DNA of 64,000 nucleotides from Nitrosopumilaceae archaeon. Its GTDB lineage: Archaea > Thermoproteota > Nitrososphaeria > Nitrososphaerales > Nitrosopumilaceae. Position 1 is the first letter of the stretch. Each line of letters starts with the position of its first letter. The notes beneath the pieces were generated by a model. That model was not told where the DNA came from and made no database searches. It worked only from the letters and a program-made list of their open reading frames with translations. The stretch spans positions 3,008,001 to 3,072,000 of the forward strand of contig CBDCCK010000002.1 of assembly GCA_965214835.1 (NCBI GenBank), in the 5' to 3' direction. Both the position numbers and the translations under genes were made by a program. Positions 30,992 to 39,917 of the stretch are shown here, piece by piece.

Positions 30992-32709
30992 AGACCTTAT
31001 GCGTAATCGACCGGATCGAAATATTCCGACGGTGGCCGGCCATACATGCAAGGCTGACGGCATCACATGACGTGTATGAGGGCGGCAGAGTCCGTATATA
31101 GTGCAGCTACGAGCCATTACAGCTGGTAAAAACTACAGTATAGTGCGGCATCGTGTGGCGCCGCAATGCGCTCCGTATCGTGGTATCAGAACCCATGCAT
31201 GAGCTTCTTGTTCCGCTTGTCCCACAGCAGCCTAAAGTTGGCAAGCCCGGCCGTCACCTGGAACTCCCTGTCGAACTCCTCGGCGGTCCCGTCGTACGGA
31301 TCACGCATCCGCTTGTACTGCTTTATCCGTCCTATGGCGTGCTCTACTGTCACCCTCTTGCTGCTTATCCTCCTGTTCTGCGCTTTCTGTTTCTTTGTAA
31401 GCTTGCCTTTCCTTGGCTTCTTGTCGGGCTGCACGGATGTGGCCCCGGGATACACCTCCTCGATTCCCATGTATCCCAGATCAGAGAACATCTTTACCTT
31501 CTCGTCCTCGGGGTGCTTTCTGTTGCTGCGCATCCTGGCAGTCAGGATTCCCAGATCCGGTGGGTTGTTCTTTATCATGGTGAGGTCGTGCGTGCTTCCG
31601 GGCGCCGACTTGCTTGCATACATCGCCAGTCCCTTCTTGTCGGCAATCACCTGGGTGTTGCGCGTAAAGCTCTTCTTCTTGCCAGAGTATGCCTCCTTTC
31701 TTGGCTCCTTGTCTGTGGGGCGCTGTATGTCGATGTGCGTGCCGTCTACAATCACGGTCAGATCCGGGACGATCTTCTTGACTTCCTTGATCGTGCGGGC
31801 GTTTCGTATCTTTCGCGATACGGCGTCCGGCGTGGGCAGTATCTTGGTGAATATCATGTCGCAATACCTGAGGTACCTGCATACGGTGCTCTGGTCTATG
31901 CCAAAGAATGCCGCAAGCTGCTCCTGTGTCGGGTTTCCGTACTTGCGCATCAGCGACATCAGCAGGGCGTGGCGGTAGGACAGCTTGCACCGGTTTCCGG
32001 GCAAGTTGTCCTCGTCTTCTGAGAACAGGGGGCCTTCTGTGTGCTTTTTGGCAAGCTTCGTAAACCGGTCATATATGTAGTCAAACTGGCGGAGGTTCAT
32101 CGACGTGGTGGGCTGCAGGGACCCGCCACCGATTATGTCATCGAGCACCTCGAGCCTGTGCATGAGGGCGGCGTTGTCCGCGGAGCGCCTGTCGTCATCC
32201 CAGGTTGCGGGCCACATCCGGCGCTCGGCGTCCAGCTGCTGTTCCAGCTGCCCTATCCTCTCCTGATCCCGCTCCTGCCTCCTGCCGTCCTGCCTGCTCT
32301 TCTTCTCGTACTCTCTGATCTCCTTCCTGTACTGCATCCTCTCCGTCCTGTCCCGCGCCTTCTCCTTCCTGTCCTGCCTGCTCTTCTTCTCGTGCCTCTT
32401 GATCCTCTTCTCATACTTCTTGATCTTCTTTTTGTCCCGCACCTTCTCCTTCCTGTCCTGTACCTTCTCCTTCTCGTACTGCTCGATTCTCTTCTTCAGC
32501 AGTCGTATCTGCTCGGTCTCGGACTTTGCCATTACTCTTATGCGAGAATGGATCCCGGATCTAAATCAATCGTCTGAAAATAGTTGTGGTTTTGATCAAA
32601 TATTTTCAACGTTGTAAGGTACAGTCGCGCGTGCGCCGGCCCTGACTTGCCTCATTTGTAGCCCGTGCGCCGGGGGCATCGCCGCTAATTTCGTTTACGC
32701 ATAAGGTCT
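30992..32709 (-). mobile_element. apparently intact IS5-family element
   Basis: TIR AGACCTTATGCGTAA / TTACGCATAAGGTCT with a 3-bp TSD ATT. Confidence 0.93.
31186..32532 (-). CDS. IS5-family transposase with a charged coiled-coil N-terminus
   Basis: HTH, IVDGT, YSGKKK, SDLGY and RVTVEHAIG (DDE) in one open frame. Confidence 0.92.
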   Translation of the reverse strand: MAKSETEQIRLLKKRIEQYEKEKVQDRKEKVRDKKKIKKYEKRIKRHEKKSRQDRKEKARDRTERMQYRKEIREYEKKSRQDGRRQERDQERIGQLEQQLDAERRMWPATWDDDRRSADNAALMHRLEVLDDIIGGGSLQPTTSMNLRQFDYIYDRFTKLAKKHTEGPLFSEDEDNLPGNRCKLSYRHALLMSLMRKYGNPTQEQLAAFFGIDQSTVCRYLRYCDMIFTKILPTPDAVSRKIRNARTIKEVKKIVPDLTVIVDGTHIDIQRPTDKEPRKEAYSGKKKSFTRNTQVIADKKGLAMYASKSAPGSTHDLTMIKNNPPDLGILTARMRSNRKHPEDEKVKMFSDLGYMGIEEVYPGATSVQPDKKPRKGKLTKKQKAQNRRISSKRVTVEHAIGRIKQYKRMRDPYDGTAEEFDREFQVTAGLANFRLLWDKRNKKLMHGF

Positions 32710-32737
32710 ATTATCTAAAATGTTATACTGTCAGTAG

Positions 32738-32812
32738 GTGAAGTCAGCCCAGCAGATCCCGGGATTGCCAGAGGCAATAACGCCTGCGAAGTACAATCAA
32801 CGGCAACTTCAC
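32738..32812. ncRNA. putative structured RNA unit 1, 12 nt from the DUF3800-like stop codon
   Basis: Same 54-nt core closed by a different stem GTGAAGTCAGCC/GGCAACTTCAC, followed by TTTTT. Confidence 0.6.
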
Positions 32813-32824
32813 TTTTTGATAATA

Positions 32825-33807
32825 TCAAGAAAATTTCCAAAAATAGCACTTGGCAACTTTCTCTGAAGTTTTGGATTTTAACTTATTGTGAAATTCCCAT
32901 GGAGTCAATAATGAACTGTTTCTATCAATAATTTGCTGTTTTAGAGCACCACAAATAATATCTGCAATTTGAATTGGTTCTGATTCATGCGAATCTTTTA
33001 AGACATATAATGGATCAAAAGAATTTCCATCAGCTAAAATTTTCACAAATTGTTTTACAATTTTAATGGGAGTCAATGGCTGAAAATCTGAATCACAATG
33101 GATGGGAATTTCGTTTGATAGTTTGAATAACTCTTTTCTAAGCAGTAATCTTTCATTACTTTTGTAATCATAATTTGTAAACCAACCATCAATCAATTTA
33201 ATAAATACGTCAACAAGTTTTTCATCATTATTTTTCAATGCATTAGTTTTGATCATTAGAACCATGGAACAGGAAATCTTTAGAAGGCATTCAAGTTTTT
33301 TTGAAACTTCTTGTCTACATTCAGGATTTAATTTGTTCCATTTGAATTCATCCTTATGACTCTTCCTTGCTTTTGGAACAGAAAGAATCCTCTCCAAGTA
33401 ATGATATCCAGCTGAGTGATTATCAAAAAATACAATGCATACAAATGTATCTTTCTCATTACTACTGGTATCAATCCCTACAGATGAATTACTAAGAAAT
33501 GGAACAAGAAAAATATCTTCTCCAACGGAATATTGTTTAACCTTTCTTTCATTGAAACTTTTGTCAATCCACCCTTTGTTTTTCGATACAATTCACTCTT
33601 AGCTGTTTTCTTAAAATCCAAAGTCAAAAATTCGATAAACAGTCTGTTCATTTGAGTTTTTGGGCCGAATTCAGGGGACGACCTCAAAAAGTCATATTTC
33701 AACAATATTGTTGGTTCTAAAGTAAATTCCTTAGCGTCTATTACCTGATTTCCACCTAAAAATGAGCATCTTACTAGTTCAGTAAAAAGTTCATAAGACG
33801 TTACCAT
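32825..33807 (-). CDS. DUF3800-like RNase H-fold protein of about 327 aa, split by a single frameshift near 33580
   Basis: The frame of 32825-33397 stays open upstream through VGIDTS to about 33590 and joins ORF 33478-33807; EFKW, HCDSD and DSHESEPIQIAD (QxAD) motifs. Confidence 0.72.
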
Positions 33808-33871
33808 CGCCTCATGTATAAACCCAGACTAGATAAATCGCGCGACCATTTTTCCTCGGAGATAATAGAAT

Positions 33872-35018
33872 AGACTTTATGCGTAATCTATTCAGATCTA
33901 GGATTGTGTTATATGAAAATTAGGTTCGTTAGTCATTGATGTCCCTCTCCATCCATTTTGGGTCTTTTTTTCTGATCGCTTCTGTAGCCTCCCTTGCCAA
34001 AAAGGCCTGCAGTGGCGTCTCACACTTGTCGATATCCAGTGCAGTGCAGCCTGCGCTCGTTATAGTACTCCACGTATGCAGCCAGGCTCTCATAGTGGTG
34101 GATTTCCTTCTCTATGCTGCCGTGCAACCGTTCCAGCTTGCCGTTGGTCTCCGGATGGTACGGCCTGGAGTTTATCAGCCCGATGCCCCGGTCCAGCAGC
34201 TCGGCCTCAAATGCAGTCGGCTTCCACGTCCCCTTTGGCATGTTCTTCTTGCTACGGCCGCCGTTGAAGCACCTGCCGTTGTCAGACAGTATGGTAGCCG
34301 GCGTGCCAAATCTGTCTATGGCATCCCTGAGTGTTATCACCACGTTTTCTGATGTGGCCTCGGCAAACGTCCGTGCCGCCATGATACATCTGGATGAATC
34401 GTCCAAAAACGTGACTAATTTGAGCCCTCTCAGGCGTGGATCCTTCATATCGTGCCAGTCCACGTGCCACATTGCGTTGGAGTACTTGCGCTCATAGCGT
34501 AGCCACTTGCGCTGTCCGGATCTTGCAGCAGACTTTGAGACCAGCTTGTTCTCACTCATTATCCTGTATACAGAGTTGTAGCTTATATTCAATTCCTCCC
34601 TTGCACGCCTGGCCGTGCGCACCACACCGATGTCCTGCTCGGCGTACAGGCGAAGTACCGTCCGAACCTCATCGCTTGAGGGCGGCGGCGATGCTGGCCT
34701 GCCGGGACTCTTTTGCACGTGTATTACGCCGGTTCTTTCGAACTCGGCGCACAGTCTGCCCACGTACTGGGGCGTCACCTTCAGCTCCTCTGCTATTGCC
34801 TTGAGCGTCCTGCCCTTCTTACGCTGTCTTGTGGCGTATCTTATCTGTCGCTCTGTCAGTGCTTTCTTTTTCGTCGTTTTTCTTGATCGGTAAAGGGTAA
34901 AGTATTCCTTGGCTTTTCTCAAAATCTTAGGCGAACCTAATTTCCATATAAGACATATTCAGATCTAGGATTATTACGAACAAATTCATCTCATTCAGGT
35001 CGATTACGCATAAGGTCT
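33872..35018. mobile_element. family A MITE split by an IS481 insertion
   Basis: AGACTTTATGCGTAA ... TTACGCATAAGGTCT with TSD AAT; the halves rejoin to the 80-bp MITE. Confidence 0.88.
33905..34955 (-). mobile_element. IS481-family element
   Basis: 24-bp TIR TGT(G/C)TTATATG(A/G)AAATTAGGTTCG; 16-bp TSD TATTCAGATCTAGGAT; transposase 34020-34922 (WHVD, SDNG, NGKLER) with a late frameshift. Confidence 0.92.
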
Positions 35019-35090
35019 AATAACCAAAATCTTTAGGCATAAAACTTCAAACAGCAATCGTTTGTACAACATCAGGCCCTGTTTATACCG

Positions 35091-35212
35091 CAGTCTTCCC
35101 ACATGTACACGACTCGTGGCGGTGCAGGAGGCGACGCGCGGATCTGCAGGCAGCTTGGTTTGAGCTGTTTCAAGTTTTAGAATCGCTTTATGGGTTACTT
35201 TTGGGAAGACTG
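35091..35212. mobile_element. MITE family D, right copy
   Basis: Direct-orientation copy of 30578-30699. Confidence 0.85.
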
Positions 35213-35264
35213 ACGCAGCTAAAAAGTACCCCGGCTAGGCAGAAAATCAAGGAATTTAGATAAC

Positions 35265-35372
35265 GTTTTTGAGGCACATGTGGCCGCGATCGTACGCCTT
35301 GGGCGGATCTAATTTCTGTACAAGACAGACGCAAACGATCAGCGACACGCTTATGAAAGTCCTCCTGTGATT
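35265..35372 (+). repeat. direct repeat of about 110 bp, copy 1
   Basis: Near-identical to 39386-39498; ends 7 nt before the SNF2 ATG. Confidence 0.88.
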
Positions 35373-35379
35373 CCCCCAC

Positions 35380-38300
35380 ATGACTATCCTGCACGCGTGT
35401 CAGATGGGTGACCACATGGCGCTGTGGGGCGAGTTGGTCGACGGCCCGGCACGCAGATCTACACGTAGCGGCAGGCATCCACACTCCATGTACACGCGGA
35501 GCATAATCAGCGCGCTCTGGCCGCGCGCGGACCGGGAAGGCATGTACCGGTATTATGGCAGTGGGTACATATGGCTCCCGAGCAGCGGAGGCGAACCGCT
35601 CCCATCCGGCAGCGCCGCCGGACGGCCGCGATCAGGTGCTGGGATCAGCCTCATGCAGTGGTATATAGACACGCTGGATATTCCCTGGGACAACGCCATG
35701 TGGATACTCTCGGAGGTTGCGCGCAACCGGGATGCCATAGCAGGCATGACCGTCGGCCCAGATCTGGCATATTGGTCTGAGGTCATGAGCTTTGCAGGGT
35801 ACCTGGTGGCGCGCCAGCGATTCCTGCCGGATCTGGTCGCCGGCAAGAGCAGTTTTGCCGCCTCGTGGGTTCCCGTGTTTTCAGGTGGTGATGAAAGGCG
35901 GCATGCCGCCTTGGCCAGGGCCATGCCTGCCGCCGCCCGCGCACTGAGCAGTAGCCCGAATGACAAGCCCTCCGAGCCGGCCACCTCGATCCTCAAGAGG
36001 GCAATAACGGTGATGATCAACGGCATGGTGCGTCGGGCCGCGTGGGCCGCGGCGCCAAGCAGACACATGAGACGGATGAGATCTACAAGCATATATGACG
36101 AATGGCTGGACGGCCTGAGAACGGGAAGCGGCTACATGGATACCTCGACGGACGCGGCCAATCTTGAGACAATGGTACGCAAGTGGAGATCGGACACGGC
36201 TCCCGCGGATCCGCCGCTGAGGCTCTGCCTCCGGCTAGAGGAGTCCAGAAAGACTGCAGGAGGTCACGGGCCGTGGTTCATCAGGTATCTAGTGCAGCCA
36301 CACAGGGATCCAGAGGTCACCATTCCTGCCTGCAGGATATGGAACGGCAAGGCCAAAATCGCCGGGCTGGACGGCACGCGCGCAAGGCAGCTCCTGCTTG
36401 AGTCGCTGGGACGCGTCTCCAAGATCGTCTCTGGAATGTCTGATGGCCTCGGGGCGCACGGGGTCAGGGGACACACGGTGGACGTGGCCGGGGCGTACAG
36501 ATTCCTCAGCTCTGAGGCACCAGTCCTCGAACAGCTCGGATACGGCATCATGACGCCGCAGTGGTGGTCAAGCGGCCGTACAAGGACCAACATCTCAATG
36601 CGGGCAGAGGCGAGAACCGCGGCGCGAGGCGGCGGCATGCTGGATATGCGCTCCATAGTCAGGTTCGACTGGAAGCTGGCCCTCGGGAACCAGCGGATCA
36701 CGCTTGCGCAGCTGCAGAAGCTTGCCATGGAGAAGAGGCCGCTGGTCAGGGTGCATGGCCGATGGGTCGACACGGGATCCGGCCAGCTCCGGCGGGCCGC
36801 TGACTTTGTAAAGAGAAACAAGACGATGTCGGTTCGCGACTACATAGCGACGGGGCTCGGCGCGGGCGACGCGTCCTGGGGGCAAGAGATAGACGTGTCA
36901 GGCCGCGACGTCCGGATCGGGGGCATGATCAGGCTGCTGCGCGGGAGCAAGACCATGGAGGAGCTGCCGCAGCCTGGCGGGTTTGCCGGGACGCTGCGGC
37001 CGTACCAAGCCCGCGGCTACTCGTGGCTGTCGTTCCTGCGTGAGGCCGGCCTGGGCGGGTGCCTGGCAGACGACATGGGGCTTGGCAAGACTATCCAGGT
37101 GCTCGCGCTGATCCGGCGGCACATCTCAGACGGCGGACGGCCGGCACTCGTCGTCTGTCCCACATCAGTCATGGACAACTGGAAGAAAGAGGCCTCCCGG
37201 TTTGTCCCGGGGCTGTCTGTCATGATCCACCACGGCGCGAGCCGCAAGAGTGGAGGCGCGTTTGCAAGGGAGGTCAAAAAACACGACGTCGTGATAACCA
37301 GCTACGGGCTGGTACGACGCGATGCCGGATCCGTCGGACTAGAGCCGTGGGGCGGGGTGGTGCTTGACGAGGCACAGAACATCAAAAATCCCGACGCAAG
37401 ACAGGCGCGCGCAGTCAGGACGCTTGACGCAGGCTTCAAATTCGCGCTGACAGGAACGCCCGTTGAGAACAGCGTCGGCGACCTCTGGTCGATAATGGAG
37501 TTTCTCAACCCCGGGCTGCTCGGTACCCGGGCCGGCTTTAGGCGCAGGTTTCTCGTCCCCATACAGAAGGAGCACGACACGGAGGCGGCCGGGACGCTCA
37601 GGAGGATAGTCGGCCCCTTCATGCTGCGCAGGCTCAAGACAGACAGGTCGGTGATCTCGGATCTGCCAGAAAAGATGGAGTTCAGCGTGTACTGCTCGCT
37701 GACCCGCGAGCAGGCCTCCCTGTATGCCGCAGTACTCTCGGATTTGGAGGAGAGGATGCGCGATGCAGGCGGCATACGACGAAAGGGCCTGATACTGGCA
37801 GCACTGACCAAACTCAAGCAGGCCTGCAACCACCCGGCGCACCTGCTCAAGGACGGCTCGGCCATACCGGACAGGTCCGGCAAGCTTGCAAGGCTGACGG
37901 ATATGCTCGGCGAGATCATAGAGTCAGGCGAGCAGGCACTCGTGTTCACCCAGTTCGTCGAGATGGGCGAGATCCTACAGCGGCACATACGCGAGACGTC
38001 GGGCCGCGAGGTGCTGTTCTTGCACGGCGGGGTGCCTCGAAGGCAGCGCGATGCCCTGGTGGAGCGGTTCCAGGAGGGGGGTGCCAGCGTACTCGTGGCA
38101 TCCCTCAAGGCAGGCGGCACGGGCCTCAACCTGACGGCGGCAAGCCACGTGTTCCACTTTGACAGGTGGTGGAACCCCGCCGTCGAGAACCAGGCAACCG
38201 ACAGGGCCTTCCGCATAGGACAAAAGCGCAACGTACAGGTGCACAAGATGATATGCTCTGGCACGCTGGAGGAGAGGATAGACGAGCTGATGCGCCACAA

Positions 38301-38412
38301 GCAGAAGATATCAGACGAGGTCGTCGGAACCGGCGAGGGCTGGCTGACAAAGCTCTCAGACAGGGACATCCGCGAGGTGCTGGCCCTGAGTACGGAGGCA
38401 GTCAGGATATGA
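35380..38412 (+). CDS. SNF2-family helicase/ATPase
   Basis: LRPYQ, LADDMGLGKT, DEAQ, LTGTPVEN, FTQF, GTGLNL and QATDRAFRIGQ motifs. Confidence 0.95.
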   Translation: MTILHACQMGDHMALWGELVDGPARRSTRSGRHPHSMYTRSIISALWPRADREGMYRYYGSGYIWLPSSGGEPLPSGSAAGRPRSGAGISLMQWYIDTLDIPWDNAMWILSEVARNRDAIAGMTVGPDLAYWSEVMSFAGYLVARQRFLPDLVAGKSSFAASWVPVFSGGDERRHAALARAMPAAARALSSSPNDKPSEPATSILKRAITVMINGMVRRAAWAAAPSRHMRRMRSTSIYDEWLDGLRTGSGYMDTSTDAANLETMVRKWRSDTAPADPPLRLCLRLEESRKTAGGHGPWFIRYLVQPHRDPEVTIPACRIWNGKAKIAGLDGTRARQLLLESLGRVSKIVSGMSDGLGAHGVRGHTVDVAGAYRFLSSEAPVLEQLGYGIMTPQWWSSGRTRTNISMRAEARTAARGGGMLDMRSIVRFDWKLALGNQRITLAQLQKLAMEKRPLVRVHGRWVDTGSGQLRRAADFVKRNKTMSVRDYIATGLGAGDASWGQEIDVSGRDVRIGGMIRLLRGSKTMEELPQPGGFAGTLRPYQARGYSWLSFLREAGLGGCLADDMGLGKTIQVLALIRRHISDGGRPALVVCPTSVMDNWKKEASRFVPGLSVMIHHGASRKSGGAFAREVKKHDVVITSYGLVRRDAGSVGLEPWGGVVLDEAQNIKNPDARQARAVRTLDAGFKFALTGTPVENSVGDLWSIMEFLNPGLLGTRAGFRRRFLVPIQKEHDTEAAGTLRRIVGPFMLRRLKTDRSVISDLPEKMEFSVYCSLTREQASLYAAVLSDLEERMRDAGGIRRKGLILAALTKLKQACNHPAHLLKDGSAIPDRSGKLARLTDMLGEIIESGEQALVFTQFVEMGEILQRHIRETSGREVLFLHGGVPRRQRDALVERFQEGGASVLVASLKAGGTGLNLTAASHVFHFDRWWNPAVENQATDRAFRIGQKRNVQVHKMICSGTLEERIDELMRHKQKISDEVVGTGEGWLTKLSDRDIREVLALSTEAVRI

Positions 38413-39329
38413 GCAGGTACGGAGGACGGGGATGGGTGTGGACATCGGATCCCAAGCTCAGGGATCATCAGGACATGGCCCAGCAGAGCCGGGGTGCGGC
38501 ATCCCGGATGGCGGTGTCCAGGAGGGTTCGCGGCATGAAATACACGTGGTGGGTCGATCGCCTGATCGGCATGCCCAGTACCTTTCAAAGTCGTGCCTCC
38601 ACAAGCCACGGCAGAAAGTACGTGGTGGATAGAAAGGCAAGAATGGCATACATGCGCAAGGGCGAGGTGCGCGTGGGCGTACAGGTGGCCAACGGATACA
38701 TCTACTGGGTGGACATACGGATCGACACGGTGGACGAGTCCGGACTGAAGGCACTGGCCGCGGCGCTCCTGGCGAGGCCTGCTGCGGCCTCAAAGATTGC
38801 CTCAGGCCAGATGCCCGATGACATCGAGAAGGTGTTCGCGGCAGCCGGCCTGCGCCTGCTTCCGGGCAAGGCCGATTCCACGGTAAGGTGCATGTGCGGC
38901 CGCCTGCCCGGGCCGTGCGTCCATGTGGGGGCGGCCGTCTTCCTGCTTGCCGACAGGCTAGAGCGCAATCCGTTCCTAATATTCAGGCTGCGCGGATTCG
39001 AGAGGGATGACCTGCTGAGGGCTGCCGGCCTCAAGCCTGTGCACAAGACAGGATCCAAAAGCAGGAGGCAGCACAAGGCCGAGCCACTTCCCGCCGATCC
39101 TGACGCCTTCTGGGGCGCCGATCACGTCACCCACAACCAATGGGACGCGTCGATCCCGGCGACACATGCAGTCCTGCCCAAGCATCTGGGCGGGTTTCCG
39201 TTCTGGAGGGGAGAGGAGGATTTTGTCGGTGCCATGGAGCACATATACAGCATGGCCTCTCAGGAGGGCATGAGGGTGCTCCGGGGCGAGATCGATCTTC
39301 AGAGGTATATGCCCTCGCCCTATGACTGA
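38409..39329 (+). CDS. SWIM zinc-finger protein
   Basis: CMC..PCVH motif then NPFLIF.LRG; ATGA overlap with the SNF2 stop. Confidence 0.85.
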   Translation: MSRYGGRGWVWTSDPKLRDHQDMAQQSRGAASRMAVSRRVRGMKYTWWVDRLIGMPSTFQSRASTSHGRKYVVDRKARMAYMRKGEVRVGVQVANGYIYWVDIRIDTVDESGLKALAAALLARPAAASKIASGQMPDDIEKVFAAAGLRLLPGKADSTVRCMCGRLPGPCVHVGAAVFLLADRLERNPFLIFRLRGFERDDLLRAAGLKPVHKTGSKSRRQHKAEPLPADPDAFWGADHVTHNQWDASIPATHAVLPKHLGGFPFWRGEEDFVGAMEHIYSMASQEGMRVLRGEIDLQRYMPSPYD

Positions 39330-39385
39330 TCCCTTCCGGGGTAGTTTGTTTGCATTGCCGTTTATTCTGGCACCATCTGAACTTT

Positions 39386-39498
39386 GTTTTTGAGACACAT
39401 GTGGCTGCGATCGTACGCCTTGTCTTAGGCGGATCTAATTTCTGTGCAAGACAGACGCAAACGATCAGCGACACGCTTATGAGAGTCCTCCTGTGATT
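39386..39498 (+). repeat. direct repeat of about 110 bp, copy 2
   Basis: See 35265-35372. Confidence 0.88.
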
Positions 39499-39627
39499 GG
39501 GGCTGTCGCCTAATCCCGCTTGTTTAACTCAATCTGCACGTTTTTCTGAATTTCCGCCCTTTTGCACGCCTGATCATATGGCACCTCAACGGCTTTCGGG
39601 GATTCTAGCGAATTAGGCGACAACCCC
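39499..39627. mobile_element. MITE family B, copy 3 (inverted)
   Basis: Near-identical reverse complement of 2323-2451. Confidence 0.85.
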
Positions 39628-39822
39628 AGTCATAGAATATTGTATGGGTGGGCCTCAATCACGGATAGGGGAGACCTCAAATTCGACGAACTGACGATCC
39701 AAAGAAAAGGCGGTGACGGCGGAAAGCCAACTGCCCAGATGCTACAGTTCAACTTCTCACCTAGGGGACTTTTCGACATACGGGGAACAGACATCATTGA
39801 GAGAAGAAGAATTCAGGTATGA
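39628..39822 (+). pseudogene. C-terminal relic of a HinP1I-like type II restriction endonuclease
   Basis: TIQRKGGDGGKPTAQMLQF resembles the QRKGGD..AN.LQF motif of that family. Confidence 0.6.
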
Positions 39823-39917
39823 TAATTTCAGAGAAGATCCACATTTCAGGTCTCGAAGATTACACAGAACCCTCACAAGTAGGAATTATAAGCATCTGGG
39901 AGCTAGTTTCCGGTGTA

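Noticed and set aside
30889-32802. The 54-bp direct repeat as a TSD or end of the IS5 element
   Set aside because: The IS has its own TIRs and 3-bp TSD, 39-49 nt inside the repeats
20994-38609. Long antisense ORFs (for example 20994-22169, 23233-24288, 31153-32022, 37302-38609)
   Set aside because: Shadows of GC-rich genes or transposases, with no motifs of their own
39819-39917. 33-aa N-terminal extension of AroC (likewise the extensions of aroA', the SWIM gene and the desulfurase)
   Set aside because: Family homology starts at downstream start codons that have TATA-like boxes or gene overlaps
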